Source of the DNA: Candidatus Methanoperedens sp.
GTDB taxonomy: Archaea > Halobacteriota > Methanosarcinia > Methanosarcinales > Methanoperedenaceae
DNA length: 9,404 bases
Direction: 5' to 3'
Assembly (NCBI GenBank): GCA_027460535.1
Contig: JAPZAR010000026.1
Span: 1 to 9,404 of the forward strand
Numbering within the stretch: the first letter of the stretch is position 1; each line of letters begins with the position of its first letter. The notes beneath the pieces were generated by a model. That model was not told the DNA's origin and made no database searches. It saw nothing but the letters and a program-made list of their open reading frames with translations. Of the stretch, positions 1 to 5,822 are shown piece after piece. The position numbers were made by a program, and so were the translations under genes.

Positions 1-1361
1 TCAATCCTGTCAGGGCGTTCATATCGAATTTCCCGGGTAATCCCATGCTGGTTCATCGATAAATTATCTTTCTTTGCAGCATCGGAACTTTCCATCGCCG
101 AATATACTTTCGATTGTCCCCGCAATGATCCTGAAACATTGAATTTATTATTTAGTTTTTTAAATACCGCAGGCGATGTGGCATTATAGCGCATCGATCC
201 TGTTTTTTCAAACCACCTGTCCTTCTGCAAATATACCGAATCTGCAGGGCTAAGGATGATTTTTGCACGTCCTGCCGTAAGATATGAGAAATAATAGGAA
301 CTGATATGCCAGTCAGGAGCATGCTTATATCGAACATTCCGGGCAATAACGTCCTGATTCATCGATACATTATCCATTCTTGCCTCGGAACTTTCCATCG
401 CCAAATATACTTTTGAAGATCCTCCCATTGATCCTGAAATATCAAGGTCTTTTATTTTTCGAAATACCTCAGGTGAAGTGACATTATAGCGCATCGATCC
501 TGCTTTTTCTGGGTACCTGGCCCTCTGCAAATATCCCGAAGCGGCTGGGCTCAGGGCGATTTTGGCAGGTCCTGCCATAAGGTATGAGATATGATAAGAA
601 TTGTCCCGCCGTTTGGAAGTCTGGGCATAAGAATAATTTATCTCTCTGGTTCCTTTGTTCCTTATAGGCAATAATTTACCATAATTTTTTCCCAGTTCAT
701 GATGCATTTGCAGCATCATCTGGTGAAACACATTGAGATAAATAAATTCAGGAAAGATATTGGAATTCAATTGTTTCCATTGACTGATTGTTTGAACATA
801 TTGAGATCGAATCGAGTTTCCAGACTGTCCTGAAATCTTAAATGAATCACTCTTTGAACCATATGGTTGGACAATCTCCGGCATTGAAATAAAATTATAT
901 CCAGTATTTGCGCTTTTCCCCCGGATATTAAGAAAAACAAGGATTTTGTCCTGTTCAAATGAACCGGTATGATATTTTTTGGAAACGATCTGTTTAACCG
1001 AATTTGAAATCCGTTTCAATCCTTTTTCACTCGATTGCAGATGGGGTTCTATGAACTCTATTATAAAAGACACATGTTCCATCGGACTGGTGCCGGATAC
1101 ACTCATGGACTTTCTGACCATCCCGAAATAAAGACTGAAGTGGAACCTGTAATAATTGATGATTGATTTGCTTTTGGGATACGGTCTCAGTTTCCCGCTC
1201 TCAATTTTATTACTGAACAATTTGAGGAAGATCAAGGATGGAAGCATTCCTGATTTCCTGATAAAAGCGTATTTATTTAATATCCGCCTGGAAAATTCAA
1301 GACCTGTAAAGCCTATCCTGATGTTCTTTGCTGCATTCTTGTTTTTTCTTCTTTCCTGCAT
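1..1361 (-). CDS. Hypothetical CIS-associated protein. The 5' end is complete and the 3' end is cut by the window edge (at least 453 codons). The C-terminal part consists of tandem ~100-aa repeats.
   Basis: Hand translation of the minus strand shows that the frame with codons at 3k..3k+2 has no TTA/CTA/TCA (no stop) from 1361 down to 3. That is 453 sense codons, improbable by chance in AT-rich DNA. The ATG at 1361-1359 is preceded by AAGGAG with a 6-nt spacer. The protein begins MQERRKNKNAAKNIRIGFTGLEFS and reads ...SMNQHGITREIRYERPDRI at the edge. It is missing from the ORF track only because no stop lies inside the window. It sits 63 nt downstream of tube gene 2 on the same strand. I recognised no family by eye. 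Confidence 0.8.
   Translation of the reverse strand, partial: MQERRKNKNAAKNIRIGFTGLEFSRRILNKYAFIRKSGMLPSLIFLKLFSNKIESGKLRPYPKSKSIINYYRFHFSLYFGMVRKSMSVSGTSPMEHVSFIIEFIEPHLQSSEKGLKRISNSVKQIVSKKYHTGSFEQDKILVFLNIRGKSANTGYNFISMPEIVQPYGSKSDSFKISGQSGNSIRSQYVQTISQWKQLNSNIFPEFIYLNVFHQMMLQMHHELGKNYGKLLPIRNKGTREINYSYAQTSKRRDNSYHISYLMAGPAKIALSPAASGYLQRARYPEKAGSMRYNVTSPEVFRKIKDLDISGSMGGSSKVYLAMESSEARMDNVSMNQDVIARNVRYKHAPDWHISSYYFSYLTAGRAKIILSPADSVYLQKDRWFEKTGSMRYNATSPAVFKKLNNKFNVSGSLRGQSKVYSAMESSDAAKKDNLSMNQHGITREIRYERPDRI
3..611 (-). repeat. Tandem in-frame coding repeat, period ~300-303 bp (~100-101 aa). Two full copies are in the window, and a repeat-end motif precedes the first copy.
   Basis: At the DNA level, 'gcattatagcgcatcgatcctg' at 181-202 matches 'acattatagcgcatcgatcctg' at 481-502 (offset 300). 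'tccatcgcc' at 91 matches the copy at 394 (offset 303, a one-codon indel). At the protein level, SYHISYLMAGPAKIALSPAASGYLQRARYPEKAGSMRYNVTSPEVFRK...AMESSEARMDNVSMNQDVIARNVRYKHAPDW aligns with SYYFSYLTAGRAKIILSPADSVYLQKDRWFEKTGSMRYNATSPAVFKK...AMESSDAAKKDNLSMNQHGITREIRYERPDR. The end motif TREI(N/R)Y also occurs just before the first copy (GTREINYSY). Confidence 0.9.
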
Positions 1362-1424
1362 TCAATTCTCCTTGTTCATTAGCTTTATATCCTGGGTAAC
1401 AGTCCTGCCGAAAAATGCCAGAAG

Positions 1425-1853
1425 CTACAGCAAGCCATGATGGGTAAGAACAAGCGACTCACTTGCAACAGTATTACTTGACGCATTAAGAGTCGGTCCA
1501 TCCCACTTAATGGGATATGCCTCAAAAAATGCCCACCACATTACAGTATTTCCAGAGGGATCTTGAAGGTAGATAGTGCCATTTTTCCTTTGTATATCTC
1601 CATGTATGCCGCTATAGAACCATTCCCATAGCTCAAGATCGGCAAGTCCTGTTTTTAATGTAATGTCCGAATATTTGACGCCTTTTGGGAGCTTATGTTC
1701 AAAATCATTAACTCCTCCTTCCTTAATGGTATCAACTTCTATCTGAATGCCCAGACCTGAGACCTCTGTGAAACCGCCTCGAATAATTCCATCTATTTCC
1801 ACTTTGAATTTAAAAGCCCCGAAGGGCTCATTTCGTGGTGTACCATCCGGCAT
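1425..1853 (-). CDS. Contractile-tail tube protein, paralogue 2 (T4 gp19-like / eCIS tube family, in an Afp5/Pvc5-like position)
   Basis: 142-aa ORF. The N-terminus MPDGTPRNEPFGAFKFKVEIDGIIRGGFTEVSGL and the C-terminal segment WWAFFEAYPIKWDGPTLNASSNTVASESLVLTHHGL match the hallmark pattern of the gp19-like tube family. It is clearly paralogous to the 149-aa ORF at 2428-2877. GGAGGT lies immediately upstream of the ATG. Confidence 0.92.
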   Translation of the reverse strand: MPDGTPRNEPFGAFKFKVEIDGIIRGGFTEVSGLGIQIEVDTIKEGGVNDFEHKLPKGVKYSDITLKTGLADLELWEWFYSGIHGDIQRKNGTIYLQDPSGNTVMWWAFFEAYPIKWDGPTLNASSNTVASESLVLTHHGLL

Positions 1854-1861
1854 TATACCTC

Positions 1862-2074
1862 CTATATGTTCAATATGTTCTTCGATCCTTCAGAATTGAT
1901 CTTTTTATTTATTTTGCTGACCTCATCGCACCATAGCTTACGCTCTCTATGCTCCATGTTCAAAATCGTATCATAATCCCAGTGGAAATGATATGCCAGA
2001 AAGGCTACCTCCTCATACAGTCTGTCGAGGGGGTAGCCAGTTATTCCCCCTGCGACTGCATATCGATATCGAAC
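1862..2074 (-). CDS. Start-less ORF in the -1 frame relative to the 122-aa gene (70 sense codons plus stop). Candidate frameshift extension of the chaperone-like protein, or a small protein with non-canonical initiation.
   Basis: Minus-strand codons with low coordinate = 2 mod 3 are open from 2074 to the TAG at 1864-1862. They read VRYRYAVAGGITGYPLDRLYEEVAFLAYHFHWDYDTILNMEHRERKLWCDEVSKINKKINSEGSKNILNI. The peptide looks protein-like (amphipathic, aromatic HFHW core). The only ATG is 40 codons in (1957-1955). The frame overlaps the last 11 codons of the 122-aa ORF and fills what is otherwise a 187-nt gap in a tightly packed operon. Confidence 0.45.
   Translation of the reverse strand, partial: VRYRYAVAGGITGYPLDRLYEEVAFLAYHFHWDYDTILNMEHRERKLWCDEVSKINKKINSEGSKNILNI
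2003..2038 (-). other. GC-rich RNA hairpin (11 of 12 bp paired, 12-nt loop). It starts 5 nt downstream of the G5 run and stop codon of the 122-aa gene and is a candidate frameshift-stimulating structure.
   Basis: On the minus-strand RNA the arms are GGCUACCCCCUC (2038-2027) and GAGGAGGUAGCC (2014-2003), with one C/A mismatch. The 3' arm contains a GAGGAGG Shine-Dalgarno-like string. Confidence 0.4.
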
Positions 2075-2409
2075 TTATGTTCGCACTTCGGGCATTTGGT
2101 CTTGATCACATTTGACCCGTTCTGGTTGATCCTGGTATACATCTCCTGGAGATACGCAAAGTCTCCTGCAAAGAGCCCTTCTATCACCATTGGAGTTACC
2201 ATCTTCATGCTTCCCAGTTGTGTAATCACCCTTGAGAGAAGTATGACGGTCAAGTACGCAGGATTTGTCTGAACTCTTGGATCTTTCATGGGCAGTATTT
2301 CATCTGCTGCTGTTGCAAGTTTCATCTTGCCCTGTTTGTGAAGAGTTCCGGTCTCGTCAACATATCCCATGGGCAGGGTAAAATCGTGCTCAGTCTGTAA
2401 GACTCCCAT
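2041..2409 (-). CDS. Small conserved CIS protein between the two tube genes, a putative tail assembly chaperone-like protein
   Basis: 122-aa ORF with AAGGTGGT upstream of the ATG. It lies directly after tube gene 1, the position of gpG/gpE-type chaperones in long-tailed phages. The segment HKQGKMKLATAADEILPMKDPRV resembles the 'one-strand, R/K-x-x-T/A-x-x-D-E/L' core of phage tail assembly proteins. This is my recollection, not a search result. There is a single C-terminal CPKCEH knuckle. Confidence 0.7.
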   Translation of the reverse strand: MGVLQTEHDFTLPMGYVDETGTLHKQGKMKLATAADEILPMKDPRVQTNPAYLTVILLSRVITQLGSMKMVTPMVIEGLFAGDFAYLQEMYTRINQNGSNVIKTKCPKCEHKFDIDMQSQGE

Positions 2410-2427
2410 TTTACCACCTTAAGTTCA

Positions 2428-2877
2428 TTACTTAACTCTCTTTATTCCTTCATGTACAATCTCGATCGATTCTATCAGGACTTCGCTTCCTTTCGCGCTG
2501 AAATCCGATGGATCATACTTTGTGGGCCATGCCTCAAAAATTTCCCAGCGTGCTTTATCATTTCCCTCGTCATCAATTGCTATCAGAGATATGCTTTTTC
2601 TTGCATCCTGGGAATTTGCTCCTTTATCTTCGATCAGCTGTCTCCAGTTATAAAGATCCAATGAATCAGTAATACCTTTTTTGAGAGTTACATTCCCGTA
2701 CTTGGTGAGACCGGAAAGCTGTTTCTGATGTGGGGCGTCTATACCCTCTCTGTACTCAATAGGTGTACCGGAATTATCCGGGATTGTTGCTTCTGAAAAA
2801 CCAGCTATCGTGATTCCTTTGATCTCAACCCTGAATCTGAAATTCCTGTACGGATCATCTCTTGCTCCAGTTGGCAT
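2428..2877 (-). CDS. Contractile-tail tube protein, paralogue 1 (T4 gp19-like / eCIS tube family, Afp1/Pvc1-like)
   Basis: 149-aa ORF. The segments MPTGARDDPYRNFRFRVEIKGITIAGFSEA, PIEYREG, LTKYGNVTLKKGITDS, WEIFEAWPTKYDPSDFSAKGSEVLIESIEIVHEGI form the classic tube-family signature. AGGAGG lies upstream. The gene starts 23 nt after the sheath stop. Confidence 0.95.
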   Translation of the reverse strand: MPTGARDDPYRNFRFRVEIKGITIAGFSEATIPDNSGTPIEYREGIDAPHQKQLSGLTKYGNVTLKKGITDSLDLYNWRQLIEDKGANSQDARKSISLIAIDDEGNDKARWEIFEAWPTKYDPSDFSAKGSEVLIESIEIVHEGIKRVK

Positions 2878-2900
2878 ATGCTTTTCCTCCTTTAATTATT

Positions 2901-4754
2901 TTATTTCGTCAATGTTTTTTGCATTATTCTTATAATTACGAATTCGGCTGGCTTCACAGGCGCCACACCAATATCGATGATTAACTGTCCTGCATCTCTT
3001 ACCTCGGGCGGATTGTTCTCTGCATCCACCTTGACGAAAAATGCCTCATCAGGTGTACTTCCGAATAAAGCACCACTTCTCCAGACCCTCAACAGGAAGG
3101 CGGTTACGTTCCTGATAACAGAACCCCAAAGTTTGGGATCGTTCGGCTCAAAGACAACCCACTGTGTTGCTTCATCAAGGGATTCTTCGAGATAAAGGAA
3201 GAGCCGCCTTATGTTTATATATTTCCATTCTGCATCTGAACTGAGCGTATAAGCGCCCCAGATGCAGATTCCAGAGGTCGGGAACTTTCGGATGACATTT
3301 ATTTGCCGCTGATGCAGTCCATCATGTTCGCCTTTTGATACGAGTTTTTCAACATCGAGCGCTTTATCAAGAAAACCATCTGGAGTCCCGGCCGGTGCTT
3401 TGTGCACTCCTCGTGTGGCATCGACATATGCATAAGTTCCCATAGCCGCACCAGACGGCGGCACAGGTATTGTCGATCCGGTTATAGGGTCATAGATGAT
3501 AATCCAGGGATAGTACATCGCTCCATATTTATTATCAAAGCTGTTTCTCATTGTCTTTATCCCATCGATATCTTTGTTCTTGGCAGGATCGATGATAAAG
3601 AAGCAGTCTTTTCTCGTCATACAGTAAGTAAGTCCCGCCTGCATTGCTGCGATCTTACCAGCCATATCAGGCATTGCAACGATATTTATATCATCGATCA
3701 TGTCGAATGCATGAAGACCGTTCTGCGCCTTTTCATCGCCTTCAAAGTCAGAAGGCGAAAGTGCAGACGCATCGTCTAAACCACCTGTAAGTGGAGTTTC
3801 TGCGATTAACGCGGGGATATTTCCTGACCCTGTTATGTTAGCGGCACCCTCAACCCAGGAATCTTTTTCAACCACGATGAGTGCAGATTTATTGTTTATA
3901 AGGGCTTCAATCGTGTCCATTATGAGGTCATTATGGGTTTCCGTTGTAGTAGTACCATATTTCACGATCAGATTGAACTTTGTTGGTGGGTCAGCATCAT
4001 GCTTCACTTCGATAGTCACATCGTTTCCTCTTGAGCCGGTAAAATATGACGAGACTCTCAACGACTTTTTGTCCGCTCTGTCCTTCAGAGTAATGCCTGC
4101 TGTGGGCGATATACCATCGTCACCTCCAGCCAGGGGTAAAGGAGAAGCGGATTTGTTGGGGATTTTTCCCAAACCGGTCTTCGGAGTACCGAATTCATCC
4201 CAGTTATCCTTTTCAACTCTGATATACTTTGAATTGCTTTTTATTGTTTCTTCTACAATTTCCATCGTGAGGTTTTCATGCGTCTCCACAGCGTCATTAT
4301 TGTATTTTACGATCAGATTGAAACCATCTTTTAATGTTTTCTCCGTAGAATCATTCACGTCGATGGTAATATTGTCCCCCCACCTACCTTCTGATGTCGC
4401 AGAAACTCTCATTGAGTCACCGCCATCAGCATCCTTTAAAGTAGCTGCCGAAATCTTGGCAGTCTTTGTCGCAGGATTTTGATAATTTGTATAATGGCAT
4501 GTCCTGACAACAAAGCATTTTGTTCCGCCTTCATCGAAAAACAGTTTCACGGCGTATGCGAGATACCCGTTAGGGATAAAGCCTCCGAATATATCCACAA
4601 ACCGTGCCCAGTTTGGTATTTCCTTTGCCTCGCCTATTGGCCCCTTTTCGGCTATCCCAACAAATGCGCCGTTCGAAGTGCCAACACCCGTAATTGGTTT
4701 TACTCCTGAGGACAATTCCTCAACATAAACTCCTGGTGATAGATAACTAGCCAT
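2901..4754 (-). CDS. Contractile tail sheath protein (phage sheath / eCIS sheath family), enlarged by an internal domain duplication
   Basis: 617-aa ORF. The N-terminus MASYLSPGVYVEELSSGVKPITGVGTSNGAFVGIAEKGP is the canonical sheath start. The C-terminal half (YGAMYYPWIIIYDP, VPPSGAAMGTYAYVDATRGVHKAPAG, INVIRKFPTSGICIWGAYTL, WKYINIRRLFLYLEESL, FEPNDPKLW, FFVKVDAENNPPEVRDAGQLIIDIGVAPVKPAEFVIIRI) matches the conserved sheath C-terminal domain. GGAGGT lies upstream of the ATG. Confidence 0.96.
   Translation of the reverse strand: MASYLSPGVYVEELSSGVKPITGVGTSNGAFVGIAEKGPIGEAKEIPNWARFVDIFGGFIPNGYLAYAVKLFFDEGGTKCFVVRTCHYTNYQNPATKTAKISAATLKDADGGDSMRVSATSEGRWGDNITIDVNDSTEKTLKDGFNLIVKYNNDAVETHENLTMEIVEETIKSNSKYIRVEKDNWDEFGTPKTGLGKIPNKSASPLPLAGGDDGISPTAGITLKDRADKKSLRVSSYFTGSRGNDVTIEVKHDADPPTKFNLIVKYGTTTTETHNDLIMDTIEALINNKSALIVVEKDSWVEGAANITGSGNIPALIAETPLTGGLDDASALSPSDFEGDEKAQNGLHAFDMIDDINIVAMPDMAGKIAAMQAGLTYCMTRKDCFFIIDPAKNKDIDGIKTMRNSFDNKYGAMYYPWIIIYDPITGSTIPVPPSGAAMGTYAYVDATRGVHKAPAGTPDGFLDKALDVEKLVSKGEHDGLHQRQINVIRKFPTSGICIWGAYTLSSDAEWKYINIRRLFLYLEESLDEATQWVVFEPNDPKLWGSVIRNVTAFLLRVWRSGALFGSTPDEAFFVKVDAENNPPEVRDAGQLIIDIGVAPVKPAEFVIIRIMQKTLTK
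3753..4445 (-). repeat. Tandem duplication of a ~115-aa domain inside the sheath CDS (residues ~104-216 and ~220-334)
   Basis: Copy 1 reads ATLKDADGGDSMRVSATSEGRWGDNITIDVNDSTEKTLKDGFNLIVKYNNDAVETHENLTMEIVEETIKSNSKYIRVEKDNWDEFG...PLAGGDDGISP. Copy 2 reads ITLKDRADKKSLRVSSYFTGSRGNDVTIEVKHDADPPTKFNLIVKYGTTTTETHNDLIMDTIEALINNKSALIVVEKDSWVEGA...PLTGGLDDASALSP. A DNA trace remains: 'ttcacgatcagattgaa' near 3960 and 'tttacgatcagattgaa' near 4305, offset 345 bp. Confidence 0.9.
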
Positions 4755-4785
4755 ACATACCTCCTATTTCGATTTCTGAAATTCA

Positions 4786-5034
4786 TTACCTTCCTTTTCT
4801 TCCATAGCTGCTTCTCTTTGCTGAAGTTACTTCACTTTTTTCTTCAGCTTTTTCTCCACCCTCTTCAGTTCGAATCAAGATGATATCGCCTTTTTGAAGA
4901 AGATTTTTCAGATGTTTTGACCTAAGGTCGTCATCAGAAATTTTGGATGAACCTTTTGCCAAAAGATCAATATCTTTACCGCCCTCCAGGTTAATCAATA
5001 ACCTCTGGTTCAATTTGTTGCGAACAACAAGCAT
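4786..5034 (-). CDS. Small hypothetical protein, first gene of the structural operon. N-terminal ~55-aa module followed by a charged tail.
   Basis: 82-aa ORF with a strong AAGGAGGA site upstream of the ATG. Its stop is 31 nt before the sheath start. It shares the pattern N-x-R-x-LL ... GGK-x-I-x-L ... IIL with two upstream segments (5229-5426 and 5480-5785). Confidence 0.75.
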   Translation of the reverse strand: MLVVRNKLNQRLLINLEGGKDIDLLAKGSSKISDDDLRSKHLKNLLQKGDIILIRTEEGGEKAEEKSEVTSAKRSSYGRKGR

Positions 5035-5051
5035 ATATCCTCCTTATGAGC

Positions 5052-5060
5052 TTTTATATA
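5052..5060 (-). promoter_or_regulatory. TATA-like / -10-like element (TATATAAAA on the minus strand) about 20 nt upstream of the 82-aa gene start
   Basis: The minus strand reads ...aatcaacTATATAAAAgctcataAGGAGGatatATG. This could be a bacterial -10 (TATAAA) or an archaeal TATA box. No convincing -35 or BRE is visible. Confidence 0.25.
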
Positions 5061-5108
5061 GTTGATTATTTTATTATTCATGTTTCCTTTATCACTTCAA
5101 TATGTTTT

Positions 5109-5184
5109 TTGAATTGAAAATCATCTTCTGCAACAGGTTGCAGAAATAAATTCCAAATCACATTTTAAATGTGCCTCAATTCAA
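5109..5184. promoter_or_regulatory. Cluster of inverted repeats upstream of the structural operon: a 9-bp outer inverted repeat enclosing two near-perfect palindromes
   Basis: Outer arms are 'ttgaattga' at 5109-5117 and 'tcaattcaa' at 5176-5184. Palindrome 1 is 'ttctgcaac ag gttgcagaa' at 5126-5145 (9+9). Palindrome 2 is 'cacattt t aaatgtg' at 5159-5173 (7+1+7, perfect). The cluster lies 75-150 nt upstream of the first structural gene. Confidence 0.4.
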
Positions 5185-5228
5185 TCATTTCTATGGTAGT
5201 ATCAAATTTTAGATATAACACCTCCAAT

Positions 5229-5426
5229 TTATAGTCTAGTTAATATTATAGTTTCGATATACGTGGGCGTATCCTTTTTAAAAAAAAACGCCTTTTTAAA
5301 AGTCTTGTATCCATCCTTCATAATGTCAAGGGTTATGTTTTTACCACCATCGGCTGAACTAAACCGGATAAAGAATCCATCCTTCCTCTTCAGAAGTCGC
5401 TGATTTTGAAGGGATCTCCGTGACTC
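5229..5426 (-). pseudogene. Start-less degenerate paralogue of the 82-aa small protein (65 sense codons plus stop), located inside the spacer
   Basis: The minus frame with codons at 3k is open from 5426 to the TAA at 5231-5229. It reads ESRRSLQNQRLLKRKDGFFIRFSSADGGKNITLDIMKDGYKTFKKAFFFKKDTPTYIETIILTRL. It shares NQRLL, GGK(N/D)I(T/D)L and IIL with the 82-aa protein, with the same 26-residue spacing between the last two motifs. No ATG/GTG/TTG precedes the conserved part. A TAA sits where the start would be expected, and there is no Shine-Dalgarno site. Confidence 0.45.
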
Positions 5427-5479
5427 TTATTGATTCACCTAGAATTAATCCGCCTCGACAATTCTGCCGATTATAACGG

Positions 5480-5785
5480 TTATCCCCTCAGGAAAGGGAT
5501 AATTGACATTTGATTTAATATTATACTGGTAACAGGATTTTTGGCATCAACAAGAACAGAATCAACATAGACCTTTCCCATTTTCAGTTTGATGTTTCGA
5601 CTTCCTTGCTGTAATAATATCCTCCTCCTGTTATGCTTTGTTTCCCTTCCGGAATCCATTAGAAGAAAATGACCCGTAGTGTTCCTTATGATGTCTCTCC
5701 TTTTTTTTTCAGCTTCAAGGTATAAATTCCTGAATGCGCTTTTATCCTTGTTAGGGGAAAGATCATCCATTAGCAATACAGCCAT
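5480..5785 (-). CDS. Small hypothetical protein downstream of the cap gene. Its C-terminal half is related to the 82-aa protein.
   Basis: 101-aa ORF starting 37 nt after the DUF4255 stop, with no Shine-Dalgarno site. Residues 52-90 (NRRRILLQQGSRNIKLKMGKVYVDSVLVDAKNPVTSIIL) carry the same N-x-R-x-LL / G-x-(K/R)-N-I-x-L / IIL pattern. An internal ATG at 5659-5657 (M43) would match the N-terminal length of the 82-aa paralogue. Confidence 0.45.
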   Translation of the reverse strand: MAVLLMDDLSPNKDKSAFRNLYLEAEKKRRDIIRNTTGHFLLMDSGRETKHNRRRILLQQGSRNIKLKMGKVYVDSVLVDAKNPVTSIILNQMSIIPFLRG

Positions 5786-5822
5786 TTAGTTTTGATGTAA
5801 GCCTTTCAAGAAATACCATCAT

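Noticed and set aside
152-346. 64-aa minus-strand ORF in the track (a TTG start), and likewise 767-958 (63 aa)
   Set aside because: Both are off-frame pieces inside the much longer uninterrupted frame 1361-<1. They have no ribosome-binding site, and the peptides look like frame-shadow sequence.
3-611. Possibility that the ~300-bp tandem repeats, or the 204-bp repeats at 8774-9194, are a CRISPR array or mobile-element termini
   Set aside because: The units are contiguous with no unique spacers and are far longer than CRISPR repeats. The first set is in-frame coding sequence. No transposase, integrase or terminal inverted repeats are present.
693-719. MMLQMHHELG segment that superficially resembles a zinc-metallopeptidase / DUF4157 HExxH motif
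   Set aside because: The sequence is H-H-E-L-G-K, so the second histidine of HExxH is absent. The flanking sequence does not resemble the DUF4157 pattern I remember, so I make no peptidase call.
1156-1440. 94-aa plus-strand ORF
   Set aside because: It is antisense to the 5' end of the long repeat-protein ORF and to the tube-2 stop region. The peptide is hydrophobic and low in complexity, as expected for the reverse complement of an AT-rich coding region. No Shine-Dalgarno site is present.
1949-2272. 107-aa plus-strand ORF, and 2452-2664 (+, 70 aa)
   Set aside because: Both are antisense shadows of the chaperone-like and tube-1 genes. They have no ribosome-binding site, and the minus-strand products have clear family signatures.
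2977-4709. Four plus-strand ORFs (2977-3195, 3402-3779, 3835-4482, 4479-4709), including one of 215 aa
   Set aside because: All lie antisense within the sheath CDS, whose identity is unambiguous. The 215-aa product is Ser/Phe/Val-rich shadow sequence with no start context.
5262-5300. 'ggcgt...acgcc' plus T/A runs as an intrinsic terminator for the upstream operon
   Set aside because: The stem is only 5 bp with a long A/T loop, and on the minus strand the T9 run lies inside the loop rather than after the stem. The T9 run is noted as a possible oligo-T termination signal in the spacer finding, but I do not call it a hairpin terminator.
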